Origin: Candidatus Omnitrophota bacterium
GTDB lineage: Bacteria > Omnitrophota > Omnitrophia > Omnitrophales > Aquincolibacteriaceae
Assembly (NCBI GenBank): GCA_043803685.1
Contig: JAZDJU010000037.1
Location: 160,001 to 224,000, forward strand
DNA: 64,000 nucleotides
Direction of reading: 5' to 3'
In this document: in pieces, positions 19,010 to 27,408 of the stretch
Layout: each line of letters opens with the position of its first letter
Position numbering within the stretch: the stretch's first letter is position 1
Program-made: the position numbers and the translations under genes
The notes under the pieces: generated by a model
Database searches by the model: none
Told to the model about the DNA's origin: nothing
The model's input: the letters and a program-made list of their open reading frames with translations, nothing else

Positions 19010-20491
19010 TCAACGTTCTACGGGCAACGCACAACGCGAAAAACGGGCTTGGTTCTTTTCGTTGAGCGTTGCGCTTTGCTCGTTGCGCCTAGTGTCAGCT
19101 TCCCGAAGCGCCTGGATCAACGCTTCCGCCTTGTGAAGCGTCTCTTCATATTCTTTCTCAGGATCCGAATCGTGCACGATCCCTGCGCCTACCTGAAGAT
19201 GACCTTTCCCGTTCTTTAAAAGAAGGGTCCGGATCACAATGTTCAGGTCCATATCGCCGTAACGATCGATATATCCCAAAGAGCCGGTATAAAGGCCACG
19301 CCGCACAGGTTCGAGCTCATCAATGATCTCCATGCAACGGATCTTGGGACATCCCGTGATCGTCCCGCCCGGGAACACCGCGCGGATCAGATCCAGCACG
19401 TCCTTGCCTTTTTTGAGTCGTCCCGTGACCCTGGAAACCAGGTGCACCACGTGGGAATACTTCTCAAGCGTCATGAACTCTTCGACCTTCACGGAACGGT
19501 AACCGCAAACGCGCCCGAGATCATTGCGCTCAAGGTCCACGAGCATCAAATGCTCGGCCCTTTCTTTTTCATTTCGAAGAAGTCTCTTGCGCCATTCAGA
19601 AAGCTTGCCTGAGGAGCCGCGAGCCGGACACGTTCCCGCGATCGGACGCGTCTCGCAAAGATCGCCTTTTTTCCGGATCAATCGCTCCGGAGACGAACTG
19701 ACGACCTCGAGCTCCCGTGTTTTCAGAAAACAGGAAAAAGGAGACGGGTTGATCGCTCGAAGTTTTCCGTACAGCGCGAGAGAGGACCCGCCATATCCAA
19801 AAGAAAAACGCTGGGACAGATTCGCCTGATAAATATCCCCGGCCGCAATGTACTCCTTGGCTTTTCTCACCATGCGCGTGAACCGCCCTTGGGTCATTTC
19901 CGCCGCAAACTTTTTCAGTTTAAAAGGACGCGCCGACCGCGCCGAAGATTCCGCAAAATAACTTTTGAGTTTTTTTACTCCCCGCTCCACACTCTGCGCT
20001 CCATGCCCGTTTATCACAAGGTGATAAACGCGTTTCTGCTGGTCGTACACGATCACGTTCCGGAAAAGCCCGAAATAAAGACGCGGCATGTCCGGCGCGA
20101 GCTTGGCTCTGAATTGGATTTTGTCGCAAAGATCCGCGGTCTCATAACCGAAATAGCCGATGAACCCTCCGGTGAAAAAGGGGTGCGGATTCCGTCCGCG
20201 AATCTGATGCTTTTTGAGGATGTTTTTGAACGCGGGGAAAAATTTTTCGGCAGGATATTTTTCGCGCCGCTCGCCTTCCACAAGAACGGTCTTCTCATCC
20301 AGCCGGATCTCAAGATCGGGATCCATTCCGATGTACGAATAAAGATTCGAACGGCCCTGCCCCTTGAGATACCGCGTTCGATCCGAGTCAGGACTGTCTA
20401 AAAAAAAACAGGCCTTGGAATTCGCGTGGACCGCTTGAAAAATTTCCCAGGGAGTCTTGGAAGAACGGAGACTTTCGATCACAAAAGACAT
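19010..20491 (-). CDS. pabB: Aminodeoxychorismate synthase / anthranilate synthase component I family
   Basis: GDIYQANLS, SSSPE, RPIAGT, KERAEHLMLVDLERNDLG, FPGGTITGCPK. Confidence 0.85.
   Translation of the reverse strand: MSFVIESLRSSKTPWEIFQAVHANSKACFFLDSPDSDRTRYLKGQGRSNLYSYIGMDPDLEIRLDEKTVLVEGERREKYPAEKFFPAFKNILKKHQIRGRNPHPFFTGGFIGYFGYETADLCDKIQFRAKLAPDMPRLYFGLFRNVIVYDQQKRVYHLVINGHGAQSVERGVKKLKSYFAESSARSARPFKLKKFAAEMTQGRFTRMVRKAKEYIAAGDIYQANLSQRFSFGYGGSSLALYGKLRAINPSPFSCFLKTRELEVVSSSPERLIRKKGDLCETRPIAGTCPARGSSGKLSEWRKRLLRNEKERAEHLMLVDLERNDLGRVCGYRSVKVEEFMTLEKYSHVVHLVSRVTGRLKKGKDVLDLIRAVFPGGTITGCPKIRCMEIIDELEPVRRGLYTGSLGYIDRYGDMDLNIVIRTLLLKNGKGHLQVGAGIVHDSDPEKEYEETLHKAEALIQALREADTRRNEQSATLNEKNQARFSRCALPVER
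19011..19088. repeat. Heptamer palindromic element (CAACG/CGTTG type) inside the 3' end of pabB
   Basis: caacgtt-ctacggg-caacgca-caacgcg...cgttgag-cgttgcg-ctttgct-cgttgcg. Confidence 0.75.
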
Positions 20492-20533
20492 AAGGCCCCC
20501 GAAAAAGGGCTGAGGACTTCGCGCGTTTTGGAA

Positions 20534-21868
20534 TTATTCCTGATGCGAATAAAAAACAAGCCCTGTCGCGAGCTTGGGATAGAAATAGGTGGACTTTTGC
20601 GGCATCCGCTCGTTCACAGCGCCCATTTTTTCGAGCATGTCGACCCTGGGAGGTTGTAAAAGAAAAACGGCCTGGGCTTCGCCTGTCTTGAGAGGTGCGA
20701 CGGCCCCTTCGACCGTATGTTCGAACTTAAGCACCGACTCCCACTGTTCTTCCTTAAGACCCAACAGTTCGGAAAAGATCAAGTGGGCTAGCACATTCAC
20801 GTTCAGATCGTACCAAACCTCGGGCTTGCCCTGCACCATCCGGGCCTTCGCCTTTTCCTTGTCGATCATGGTCAGAAGAAAACAACCTTCCTCAAGGACT
20901 AACCCGAAGATCTTTCCTTCTTGATCATAGGAAAGCGTCATCTCTTTGAGCTTCGCGAGAGAAACCTCTTCCACCTTGAAATATTCTCCGAGACGACGGA
21001 TCACGTCACCGCCCGTCATGCCAAGCTTTGTCACGATCCGGTGCGTTGGCAGCACGATGAACCCCGGATCATCAAAACTCACAAGTGCCATATACATATA
21101 ATCGAAGGGAAAAAGCACGAGATCCGACGAGCGGTGCTCTTCCCGCTGTTGTTTGGCATATTCAAGCGCGGTCTCGTAACGATGGTGACCGTCCGCGATA
21201 TAAACCTTTTTATTCCGCAGGATCTTATGAAGCTTCGTGAGAATGTCCTGGTCCTCGATCGCCCAAAGGGTGTGCCCGATCTTATCTTCATCCTCGGCCT
21301 CGAAGATGGGATTCGAGTTCATAGGATCCTGGATGATGCTCCGGATCTCGTACCCGTTATCTTTGTAAAGACCGAAAGCGGGAGAAAAATTGGTCTTGAC
21401 CGTCCGGAGGAGCTTCATGCGATCTTCTTTAGGTCCACGGAGCGTCTTCTCGTGAGGAACGATGATCCCTTTTTCGAAAGGCTCAAGCCGTACACGGCCC
21501 AGCAACGCGAACCGGTTCTTGACCGCCTCGGTCACGGGATCTTTGAAGGTCTGCCGGTACACGTAATAACAAGGTTCCTGCTCCTGAACAAGAATGCCTT
21601 TCCGTTGCCACTCGAGGAACACGTCGCGCGCCCGCGTATAGGCATTGTTCTGCTCCGTATCCGCGGGATCCTTCTTGTTAAGGATGAGACGGATGCTGTT
21701 GAACGGCGAATTCTCGTAAAGTTTATATTGCTTTTCAACGGAGATGACGTCGTAGGGAGGCGCTAAAACCGCGGCCATTTTCACGCGTTCGGGGTCGTAA
21801 CGCCAAGCCCGGAACGGCTGAAAATCAAGATGCTTTGTGGAATGACGAGAGCCGCGGAAGTCGTTCAT
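20534..21868 (-). CDS. DUF1015 family protein
   Basis: PPYDVIS, PHEKT, YIADGHHRYETA, MPQKSTYFYPKL. Confidence 0.9.
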   Translation of the reverse strand: MNDFRGSRHSTKHLDFQPFRAWRYDPERVKMAAVLAPPYDVISVEKQYKLYENSPFNSIRLILNKKDPADTEQNNAYTRARDVFLEWQRKGILVQEQEPCYYVYRQTFKDPVTEAVKNRFALLGRVRLEPFEKGIIVPHEKTLRGPKEDRMKLLRTVKTNFSPAFGLYKDNGYEIRSIIQDPMNSNPIFEAEDEDKIGHTLWAIEDQDILTKLHKILRNKKVYIADGHHRYETALEYAKQQREEHRSSDLVLFPFDYMYMALVSFDDPGFIVLPTHRIVTKLGMTGGDVIRRLGEYFKVEEVSLAKLKEMTLSYDQEGKIFGLVLEEGCFLLTMIDKEKAKARMVQGKPEVWYDLNVNVLAHLIFSELLGLKEEQWESVLKFEHTVEGAVAPLKTGEAQAVFLLQPPRVDMLEKMGAVNERMPQKSTYFYPKLATGLVFYSHQE

Positions 21869-21877
21869 AGGGGCAGA

Positions 21878-21906
21878 ATGGTAACACAGGGCCTGTTCTT
21901 TGACAA
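21878..21906 (-). promoter_or_regulatory. Sigma70-like promoter of the DUF1015 gene (near-leaderless)
   Basis: Minus strand TTGTCA-N17-TACCAT, 9 nt before the ATG; no SD sequence. Confidence 0.55.
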
Positions 21907-21920
21907 GAATATCACCGCGC

Positions 21921-22145
21921 AAGGCGTACGGAGTACGGTGTACGGCGAAAAAAATTTCGCGTAACGCCGTACGCACTGAACAACCGATAAAGCTTCAATG
22001 AAGTTTAGTGCTGCCCAAGTCTTTATTTCTTTTCCTTAATGGCGACTTGGACTGCACTGATTTCCGATCCATTTTAATAAAAATCAGGTGCTGTCCCAAT
22101 CAACTCAAAAAAATACGGGAAGATTGGGACGCCTTCCGCCGTACA
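21921..22145. repeat. Composite stack of nested palindromic elements
   Basis: A GGCGTAC heptamer element is followed by hairpins GCACTGAAC..GTTTAGTGC, CCAAGTC..GACTTGG, CTGATTT..AAATCAG and GTCCCAATC..GATTGGGAC. Confidence 0.75.
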
Positions 22146-22149
22146 AATT

Positions 22150-22470
22150 TTATTTAACTTTCGCCCCGTCGGAAATGGGACGTTCGGGAACGACCAGGGT
22201 CAACAGAGTAGCATCCGAAGCCGCAAGAAGCATCCCTTGAGATTCGACGCCACGGATGACGGCGGGGTCCAGATTGTCGATAATGACGATCTTCTTCCCC
22301 TTCAACTGCTCCTCGGTATAGTGAGCCCGGATCCCGGCCACGATCTGCTTGCGCACTTCGCCCACCTTAATCCCTAGCACATAGAGACGATCCGCGTTGG
22401 GGTGAGGGGTCACGCTTTCGATCTCGGCCACTTTGATGTCTAATTTCTGGAAATCTTCATAGGAAGCCAT
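22150..22470 (-). CDS. Stand-alone tRNA-binding OB-fold protein (Trbp111/CsaA/MetRS C-terminal type)
   Basis: DFQKLDIKVA, HPNADRL, QIVAGI, NL-x-P...RGVESQGMLLAA. Confidence 0.9.
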   Translation of the reverse strand: MASYEDFQKLDIKVAEIESVTPHPNADRLYVLGIKVGEVRKQIVAGIRAHYTEEQLKGKKIVIIDNLDPAVIRGVESQGMLLAASDATLLTLVVPERPISDGAKVK

Positions 22471-22654
22471 CGTTCATCACTCCTTTTTAATGGAAATACA
22501 CTCAGCTCTTGAACAAACTGTCCCAAGCGCTCTTTGAGAAAGGCGGTATTTTATCACAAAAGAAAACCATGCAAAGAACAAACCCTTTAAGGGTTATCGG
22601 ACGCATCCTTCGTAACTTCCGCTACCCATAATGCTTAGGAACACCTTGTTTCCC

Positions 22655-22682
22655 TTGATTTTCGAAGGCTTACTGCTATGAT
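22655..22682 (+). promoter_or_regulatory. Sigma70-like promoter of the ino1 operon
   Basis: TTGATT-N16-TATGAT with TG extension; SD GGAGG precedes the ATG at 22741. Confidence 0.5.
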
Positions 22683-22740
22683 ATCTCGCCGTCATCTAAA
22701 AAACCCATCGTCTTCATATTAAATCAACCGGGAGGAATTC

Positions 22741-23856
22741 ATGGGAAAGATCAAGATCGCTATCGCCGGCGTCGGTAATTGCGCGGCTTCGCTTGTGCAA
22801 GGGATCGAGCATTATCGAGCCATTGCCAGCCGGAAACCTGAGAAGAATAAACCCATCGAGCACCTGGGTCTCATGAATTATGACATGGGCGGTTATCTCC
22901 CCCAGGACATCGAGGTCGTAGCGGCCTTCGACATCGACAAGCGCAAAGTGGGCGAACGCCTGGATATCGCGCTTGCCGCAAAACCGAATTGCGTCTGGTC
23001 TATCGGCCCTCTCCCGAAAAGCAAGATCAAGGTCGAGATGGGCAACATTCTGGATGGAGTCTCTGAGCACATGAGCGGTTATAAAGATGACCGCACCTTC
23101 CTCCCTTCCGACAAAAAACCCTGCAACGTCGAAAAGGTTTTGAGAGAGAGCGGCGCGGAGATCCTGATCAACTATCTTCCGGTCGGTTCCCAGAAAGCCA
23201 CCGAATTTTATGCCGAGGCGTGCCTGAAAACAGGCGTGAGCCTCATCAATTGCATGCCGGTCTTCATCGTCTCGAATCCGGCCTGGGCGAAGCGTTTCGA
23301 GGCCAAGCGTATTCCTTGCGTCGGCGATGATATCAAGGCCCAGATTGGCGCGACAGTCACGCACCGCACGCTCGCGAAGCTTTTCATGGACCGCGGCGTC
23401 AAGATCGACCGCACCTATCAGCTGAACACCGGCGGCAACACGGACTTCCTCAACATGCTCAATCGCGCGCGTCTGGAATCCAAGAAGATCTCCAAGACCT
23501 CTGCCGTCCAGAGCCAGCTCGACATTCCACTCGATGAGGACAACATCCACATCGGCCCTTCGGATTATGTTCCCTGGCAAAACGACAACAAGGTCTGTTA
23601 TCTCAGGATCGAGGGCCGCGGCTTTGGCGGTTTTCCTGTCACCGCCGAGATGCGCCTTTCTGTTGAGGACTCTCCCAATAGCGCGGGCTGTTCGATCGAT
23701 GCGATACGCGCCTGCAGGATCGCGCGCGACCGTAAGATCGGCGGACCGCTCATCTCCATGTCGGCCTATACCATGAAGCATCCGCCCAAACAGATCGTGG
23801 ATTACGAAGCCAAGGAGCTTGTCCGCAAGTTCATCCAGGGCACCTGCCCCCGGTAA
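22741..23856 (+). CDS. ino1: myo-inositol-1-phosphate synthase
   Basis: GVGNCA, NYLPVGS, GDDIKAQIGAT, QLNTGGNTDFLN, EDSPNSAG. Confidence 0.95.
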   Translation: MGKIKIAIAGVGNCAASLVQGIEHYRAIASRKPEKNKPIEHLGLMNYDMGGYLPQDIEVVAAFDIDKRKVGERLDIALAAKPNCVWSIGPLPKSKIKVEMGNILDGVSEHMSGYKDDRTFLPSDKKPCNVEKVLRESGAEILINYLPVGSQKATEFYAEACLKTGVSLINCMPVFIVSNPAWAKRFEAKRIPCVGDDIKAQIGATVTHRTLAKLFMDRGVKIDRTYQLNTGGNTDFLNMLNRARLESKKISKTSAVQSQLDIPLDEDNIHIGPSDYVPWQNDNKVCYLRIEGRGFGGFPVTAEMRLSVEDSPNSAGCSIDAIRACRIARDRKIGGPLISMSAYTMKHPPKQIVDYEAKELVRKFIQGTCPR

Positions 23857-23862
23857 CTAGCC

Positions 23863-24459
23863 ATGTCCCTGCGCGAAACCCTTTATCCAAAGGTCGAGCC
23901 GCTCGCCAAACGGATCGTTGCCTTTTTGATCGCGCAAAACATTTCCCCGATGCAGTTGACGCTCGGAGGAGCGGCCCTGAGTCTCCTCACCGGTGTCATC
24001 TACGCCAAAGGATATCTTTTCCTCGGAGGAATCATGCTTTTCATCGCCGGGGCCGCAGATCTCCTCGATGGCCTCCTGGCGCGCTCGACGGGAAAAACCA
24101 GCACCTTCGGCGCGTTCCTGGATTCGGCCGTGGACCGCTACTCCGATTTCTTCGTATTTGCGGGCCTCGCGGCTTACTTTGTTCGTAACGGCGAGATCTT
24201 CTGGTTCTTCGTCACGCTCGGCATCCTTCTCGGATGCTTCGTGGTCAGCTATACCAAGGCGCGCGCCGAAAACTTCATTAAAAATTGCGGCATCGGCATC
24301 TTCGGAAGATCGGAGAGGGTCCTTCTCCTGATCGCGGGTACGCTTGTGGCGCCGCTCCTGAAACTCGTGTTGCTGGTTCTGCTCGTGGGAACACACGTCA
24401 CCGCGATCCAGCGCATTCTCCACACAAAAAAGACCCTCGCCGAAACCCCACAGGGTTAA
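23863..24459 (+). CDS. CDP-alcohol phosphatidyltransferase (probable phosphatidylinositol-phosphate synthase)
   Basis: DLLDGLLAR...GAFLDSAVD signature, SYTKARAE; directly downstream of ino1. Confidence 0.85.
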   Translation: MSLRETLYPKVEPLAKRIVAFLIAQNISPMQLTLGGAALSLLTGVIYAKGYLFLGGIMLFIAGAADLLDGLLARSTGKTSTFGAFLDSAVDRYSDFFVFAGLAAYFVRNGEIFWFFVTLGILLGCFVVSYTKARAENFIKNCGIGIFGRSERVLLLIAGTLVAPLLKLVLLVLLVGTHVTAIQRILHTKKTLAETPQG

Positions 24460-25791
24460 ATGGCACGCCCAAGTCTTTGCTTTCCCTTCCTTAAGGGCGA
24501 CTTGGACAGCCCCAATCTCAGAAAATCTTCGATTGATAGGTATTGGGACCGCCTAGGTCTTTGTTTTCCTTGTAGGTCTTGGGACCGCGCGTCGCGTTCC
24601 TTTTTCTGGGCCTTCCTCCTTGTCTCCTTTCTAGGCTTCGTCCCTATTTCCTTGGCGGAAACAGCATCGAGCGCGGAGCTGGAAGGCGTTCTCCGGAAGA
24701 TCGAGTCCCGGCATTACCGCTGGATCGCGATCCGCGCGGATGTACTCCTCTTTTTCGCGAAAGCCGGAGATCCAAACGCCATGTGCGGCGGCGAGCTTTT
24801 GTACCAACGTCTTGACGAGCGCATGTTCCTGACCTGCGTCGACGCGAAACAGGAGCTGCTTTTCGTCTTTCGCACGTCTGACCGCCGCTTTGATCTTTAT
24901 CTTCCAGGCCAAAACAAGGTCTATCACGGATCGATCTTCGACATGGAAGACTCTCCGGACATTGAAAGCCATCTAAAAGCCCGCGACCTTTACCGGGCGC
25001 TCAAACCGACCGCCGTCGACCCCCGCCGCACACAGATCGAGCGAACCAATTCCGCGATCACGAGTTTGGACGTTTATGGCCGTAACGACAGCGAGAAACT
25101 CCTGGTAAGAAAACTGTACCTGACGCCCGAAGGGGACGTGCGCGGCGAGCTTTTTTACGATCCCAAAGGCCGTCCTGTCACCGAAATCCAGCGCTATGAT
25201 TTTCGCGAACTCCGGGGCCGTAGCGGTCTTTATGATTCCGTGATCTTCCCGAAAAAGATCACGATCTTGTCTCCCGAAACAAAAAAAGGAAGCGCGATCT
25301 TCTTTACCAACGTCACGGCCTTGGATACGGCCGACCCGTTGGATTTCATTCTAAGGGTCCCTCCCGGAACGCAGGAGATCTTCCTGGATGAAAAAGATCC
25401 GCGTTTTCAACGCTCAAAATCATCGGAAAGTGAGGTCCGCCTCGCCCCCAAAGTGGGACGCTTTACTCCCTTGACGCCTGAAAAGGCTCCCAAGAAAGCC
25501 GGAACTGCTCCGCTCTCGCCGCAAAGCGCAAAGATCGCTCCTTTGCCTGCGACCGGAACCAAACCTGTTAAAGAGAACCTTCCCGCTTCCACGAAGGAAA
25601 AACCCACTGAGTTCGAGAGCCCCTCTCCTCAGAGGGAATCCATGAAGCCCTCAACCAAAGCGACGCCGCCCGAAAACCCGGATGCGGACATCGCGCCGGA
25701 AGGCCCGCCTCCGACGGAACCGTCCGCCGCCAACCCTCAAACCACCCTTGATCCGTCTGTACAACCTTCGTTAGAAATGGCCCTTTCTTAA
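24460..25791 (+). CDS. Hypothetical exported protein with Pro-rich C-terminal tail (start uncertain)
   Basis: Hydrophobic signal-like segment at about residues 48-66, beta-rich middle, Pro/Ser/Thr-rich tail. The first ~45 codons are palindromic repeat sequence. Confidence 0.7.
   Translation: MARPSLCFPFLKGDLDSPNLRKSSIDRYWDRLGLCFPCRSWDRASRSFFWAFLLVSFLGFVPISLAETASSAELEGVLRKIESRHYRWIAIRADVLLFFAKAGDPNAMCGGELLYQRLDERMFLTCVDAKQELLFVFRTSDRRFDLYLPGQNKVYHGSIFDMEDSPDIESHLKARDLYRALKPTAVDPRRTQIERTNSAITSLDVYGRNDSEKLLVRKLYLTPEGDVRGELFYDPKGRPVTEIQRYDFRELRGRSGLYDSVIFPKKITILSPETKKGSAIFFTNVTALDTADPLDFILRVPPGTQEIFLDEKDPRFQRSKSSESEVRLAPKVGRFTPLTPEKAPKKAGTAPLSPQSAKIAPLPATGTKPVKENLPASTKEKPTEFESPSPQRESMKPSTKATPPENPDADIAPEGPPPTEPSAANPQTTLDPSVQPSLEMALS
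24462..24590. repeat. Three tandem hairpins (CCAAGTC..GACTTGG family)
   Basis: The first unit closely matches 22009-22057, including the loop. Confidence 0.75.
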
Positions 25792-26057
25792 AAACTCTTT
25801 TTCAGGAAATATCCGGGCGTTGTCGAGCCTAAACCCTCATTAATAAACTCCTCGCGGTCCCTTTGTTTTAAAAACCATTCGAATCGTTCCGCCCTTTTTA
25901 TATATTTACTGCAGACCCTCGCTTATTGTGCTAGTTTGTTATCGTTTGAGCGAAAACTTTAGAGATGCGTCCATGCCCATCCGTCTTGGCCCGCGGTCTC
26001 TGATCGTGCAACCAAAAACAGCGCAAAGGGTGTTCCCTATCGAAAGGTGGGTTTAAA

Positions 26058-27299
26058 ATGATCGCTCAAAATCCAGGAAACTTTTGGCCGGTACTTGTTT
26101 TAGCTCTGTCCCTTTCGTTGTTCAGCGCCTGTGATCAAAAAATCAAGGCCGTGGGAGATCCAACCCAGACCCAGGGGATCACGGATACTGAAATATTGCT
26201 CGGAAACTCTTCCCCCCAGTCGGGACACGCCCAGCATCTCGGCACCCACTATCTTCGCGGGGCCATGGTTTTTTTTGAGGATCTGAATAGCCGCGGCGGT
26301 ATTTTGGGAAGAAAGATCCGTGTGATCAGTTACGATGACCAATACGATCCTTCCCATTGCGTTTTGAATACGCAAAAGCTCATAGGACAGGATAAGGTAT
26401 TCGCCCTTTTTAACTACGTGGGAACTCCCACGACCATAAAAATTTCTCCTATCGTCGAGGAATCGAAGATCCCTCTAGTGGGCGTGTTTTCGGGCGCGGA
26501 TGTCCTGAGAAACCCTGTCAAAAAATATATTTTTAACATTCGCAGTTCGTATTCTATGGAAGTCGATCAAACCGTAATGCATTGCGTAGATGATCTTGGA
26601 TTTAAAAAACTAGCAGTTTTTTATCAGAATGATGCTTTCGGAATCGACGTTCTCAAGGGAATCGAGACCGCATTGAAACGCTACAAACTGAAGCCGGTCG
26701 TCACGGAAAGCTACGAACGCGGGACCCTGAATGTGGAACGCGCCGCCAAGAGCATCCTGACATCGGGCGCTGACGCGGTGATCATGGCAGGCCTCTACAG
26801 CCCCTGCAGTAAATTCGTCCGGCTTATGAAAGATGCCGGCTCCTCCATGATCTTTTTCAGCAGTTCCTTTGTGGGCGCGGAGGAGTTCGCGAAAGAACTC
26901 GGAGAAAAAGACTCTACCGGCGTGATCATTTCACAAGTGGTCCCTCCGCCCAGCTTCGACGTGTTAAGCACCGTCAGAAATTATAAGAAGCTCAGCAAAC
27001 GCTATTTCCCCGAGAGCCAGCCCGACATCGTTGCTTTGGAGGGTTTTGTCAACGCAAAGGTTATCGCGGAAGGCCTCAAAAGGGCGGGAAAGGACCTGTC
27101 GCGGGAAAAATTCGTCCAAGCGCTCGAATCCCTGCATGATTACTCCGGCGGCATTGGGAACCCGATCGATTTCAGCGAGAGCAATCATAGTGGGCTTAGT
27201 TACGTTTTTTTCACGAGGATCAAAAATGGGGATCTCGTGTTTTTTGATGATTGGCAGGAAATCAAAAACGAGATGGCCCTAGTCCCGCGTGATATTTAA
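26058..27299 (+). CDS. Type I periplasmic binding lipoprotein (LivJ-like), copy 1
   Basis: Lipobox LFSAC, YDDQYDP, FNYVGTPT, FYQNDAFG. Confidence 0.88.
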   Translation: MIAQNPGNFWPVLVLALSLSLFSACDQKIKAVGDPTQTQGITDTEILLGNSSPQSGHAQHLGTHYLRGAMVFFEDLNSRGGILGRKIRVISYDDQYDPSHCVLNTQKLIGQDKVFALFNYVGTPTTIKISPIVEESKIPLVGVFSGADVLRNPVKKYIFNIRSSYSMEVDQTVMHCVDDLGFKKLAVFYQNDAFGIDVLKGIETALKRYKLKPVVTESYERGTLNVERAAKSILTSGADAVIMAGLYSPCSKFVRLMKDAGSSMIFFSSSFVGAEEFAKELGEKDSTGVIISQVVPPPSFDVLSTVRNYKKLSKRYFPESQPDIVALEGFVNAKVIAEGLKRAGKDLSREKFVQALESLHDYSGGIGNPIDFSESNHSGLSYVFFTRIKNGDLVFFDDWQEIKNEMALVPRDI

Positions 27300-27408
27300 A
27301 ATTAGGAGTATGCGGTAGGGCGCCCCATGGCACTCGTTTAAGTGGTTTTGGATCGCATCAAATAAGAAATAGCGCAAAGGGAATTCCCTTTCGAAAGGTG
27401 GGTGTAAA

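Noticed and set aside
20344..20383. Palindromic insertion in the pabB N-terminus (TCGAACG...CGTTCGA)
   Set aside because: The stem is only 7 bp, in a naturally variable loop, and there is no second copy in the window.
21921..22145. CRISPR array
   Set aside because: The units are different inverted repeats, not identical direct repeats with unique spacers, and there are no cas genes.
22150..22470. Truncated metG pseudogene
   Set aside because: It has its own SD (AAGGAG) and a complete OB domain; stand-alone Trbp111-type proteins are well known.
26020..26057. c-di-GMP-I riboswitch
   Set aside because: It has a GAAA-capped hairpin and GCAAAG, but the order is wrong and there is no room for P3 before the ATG.
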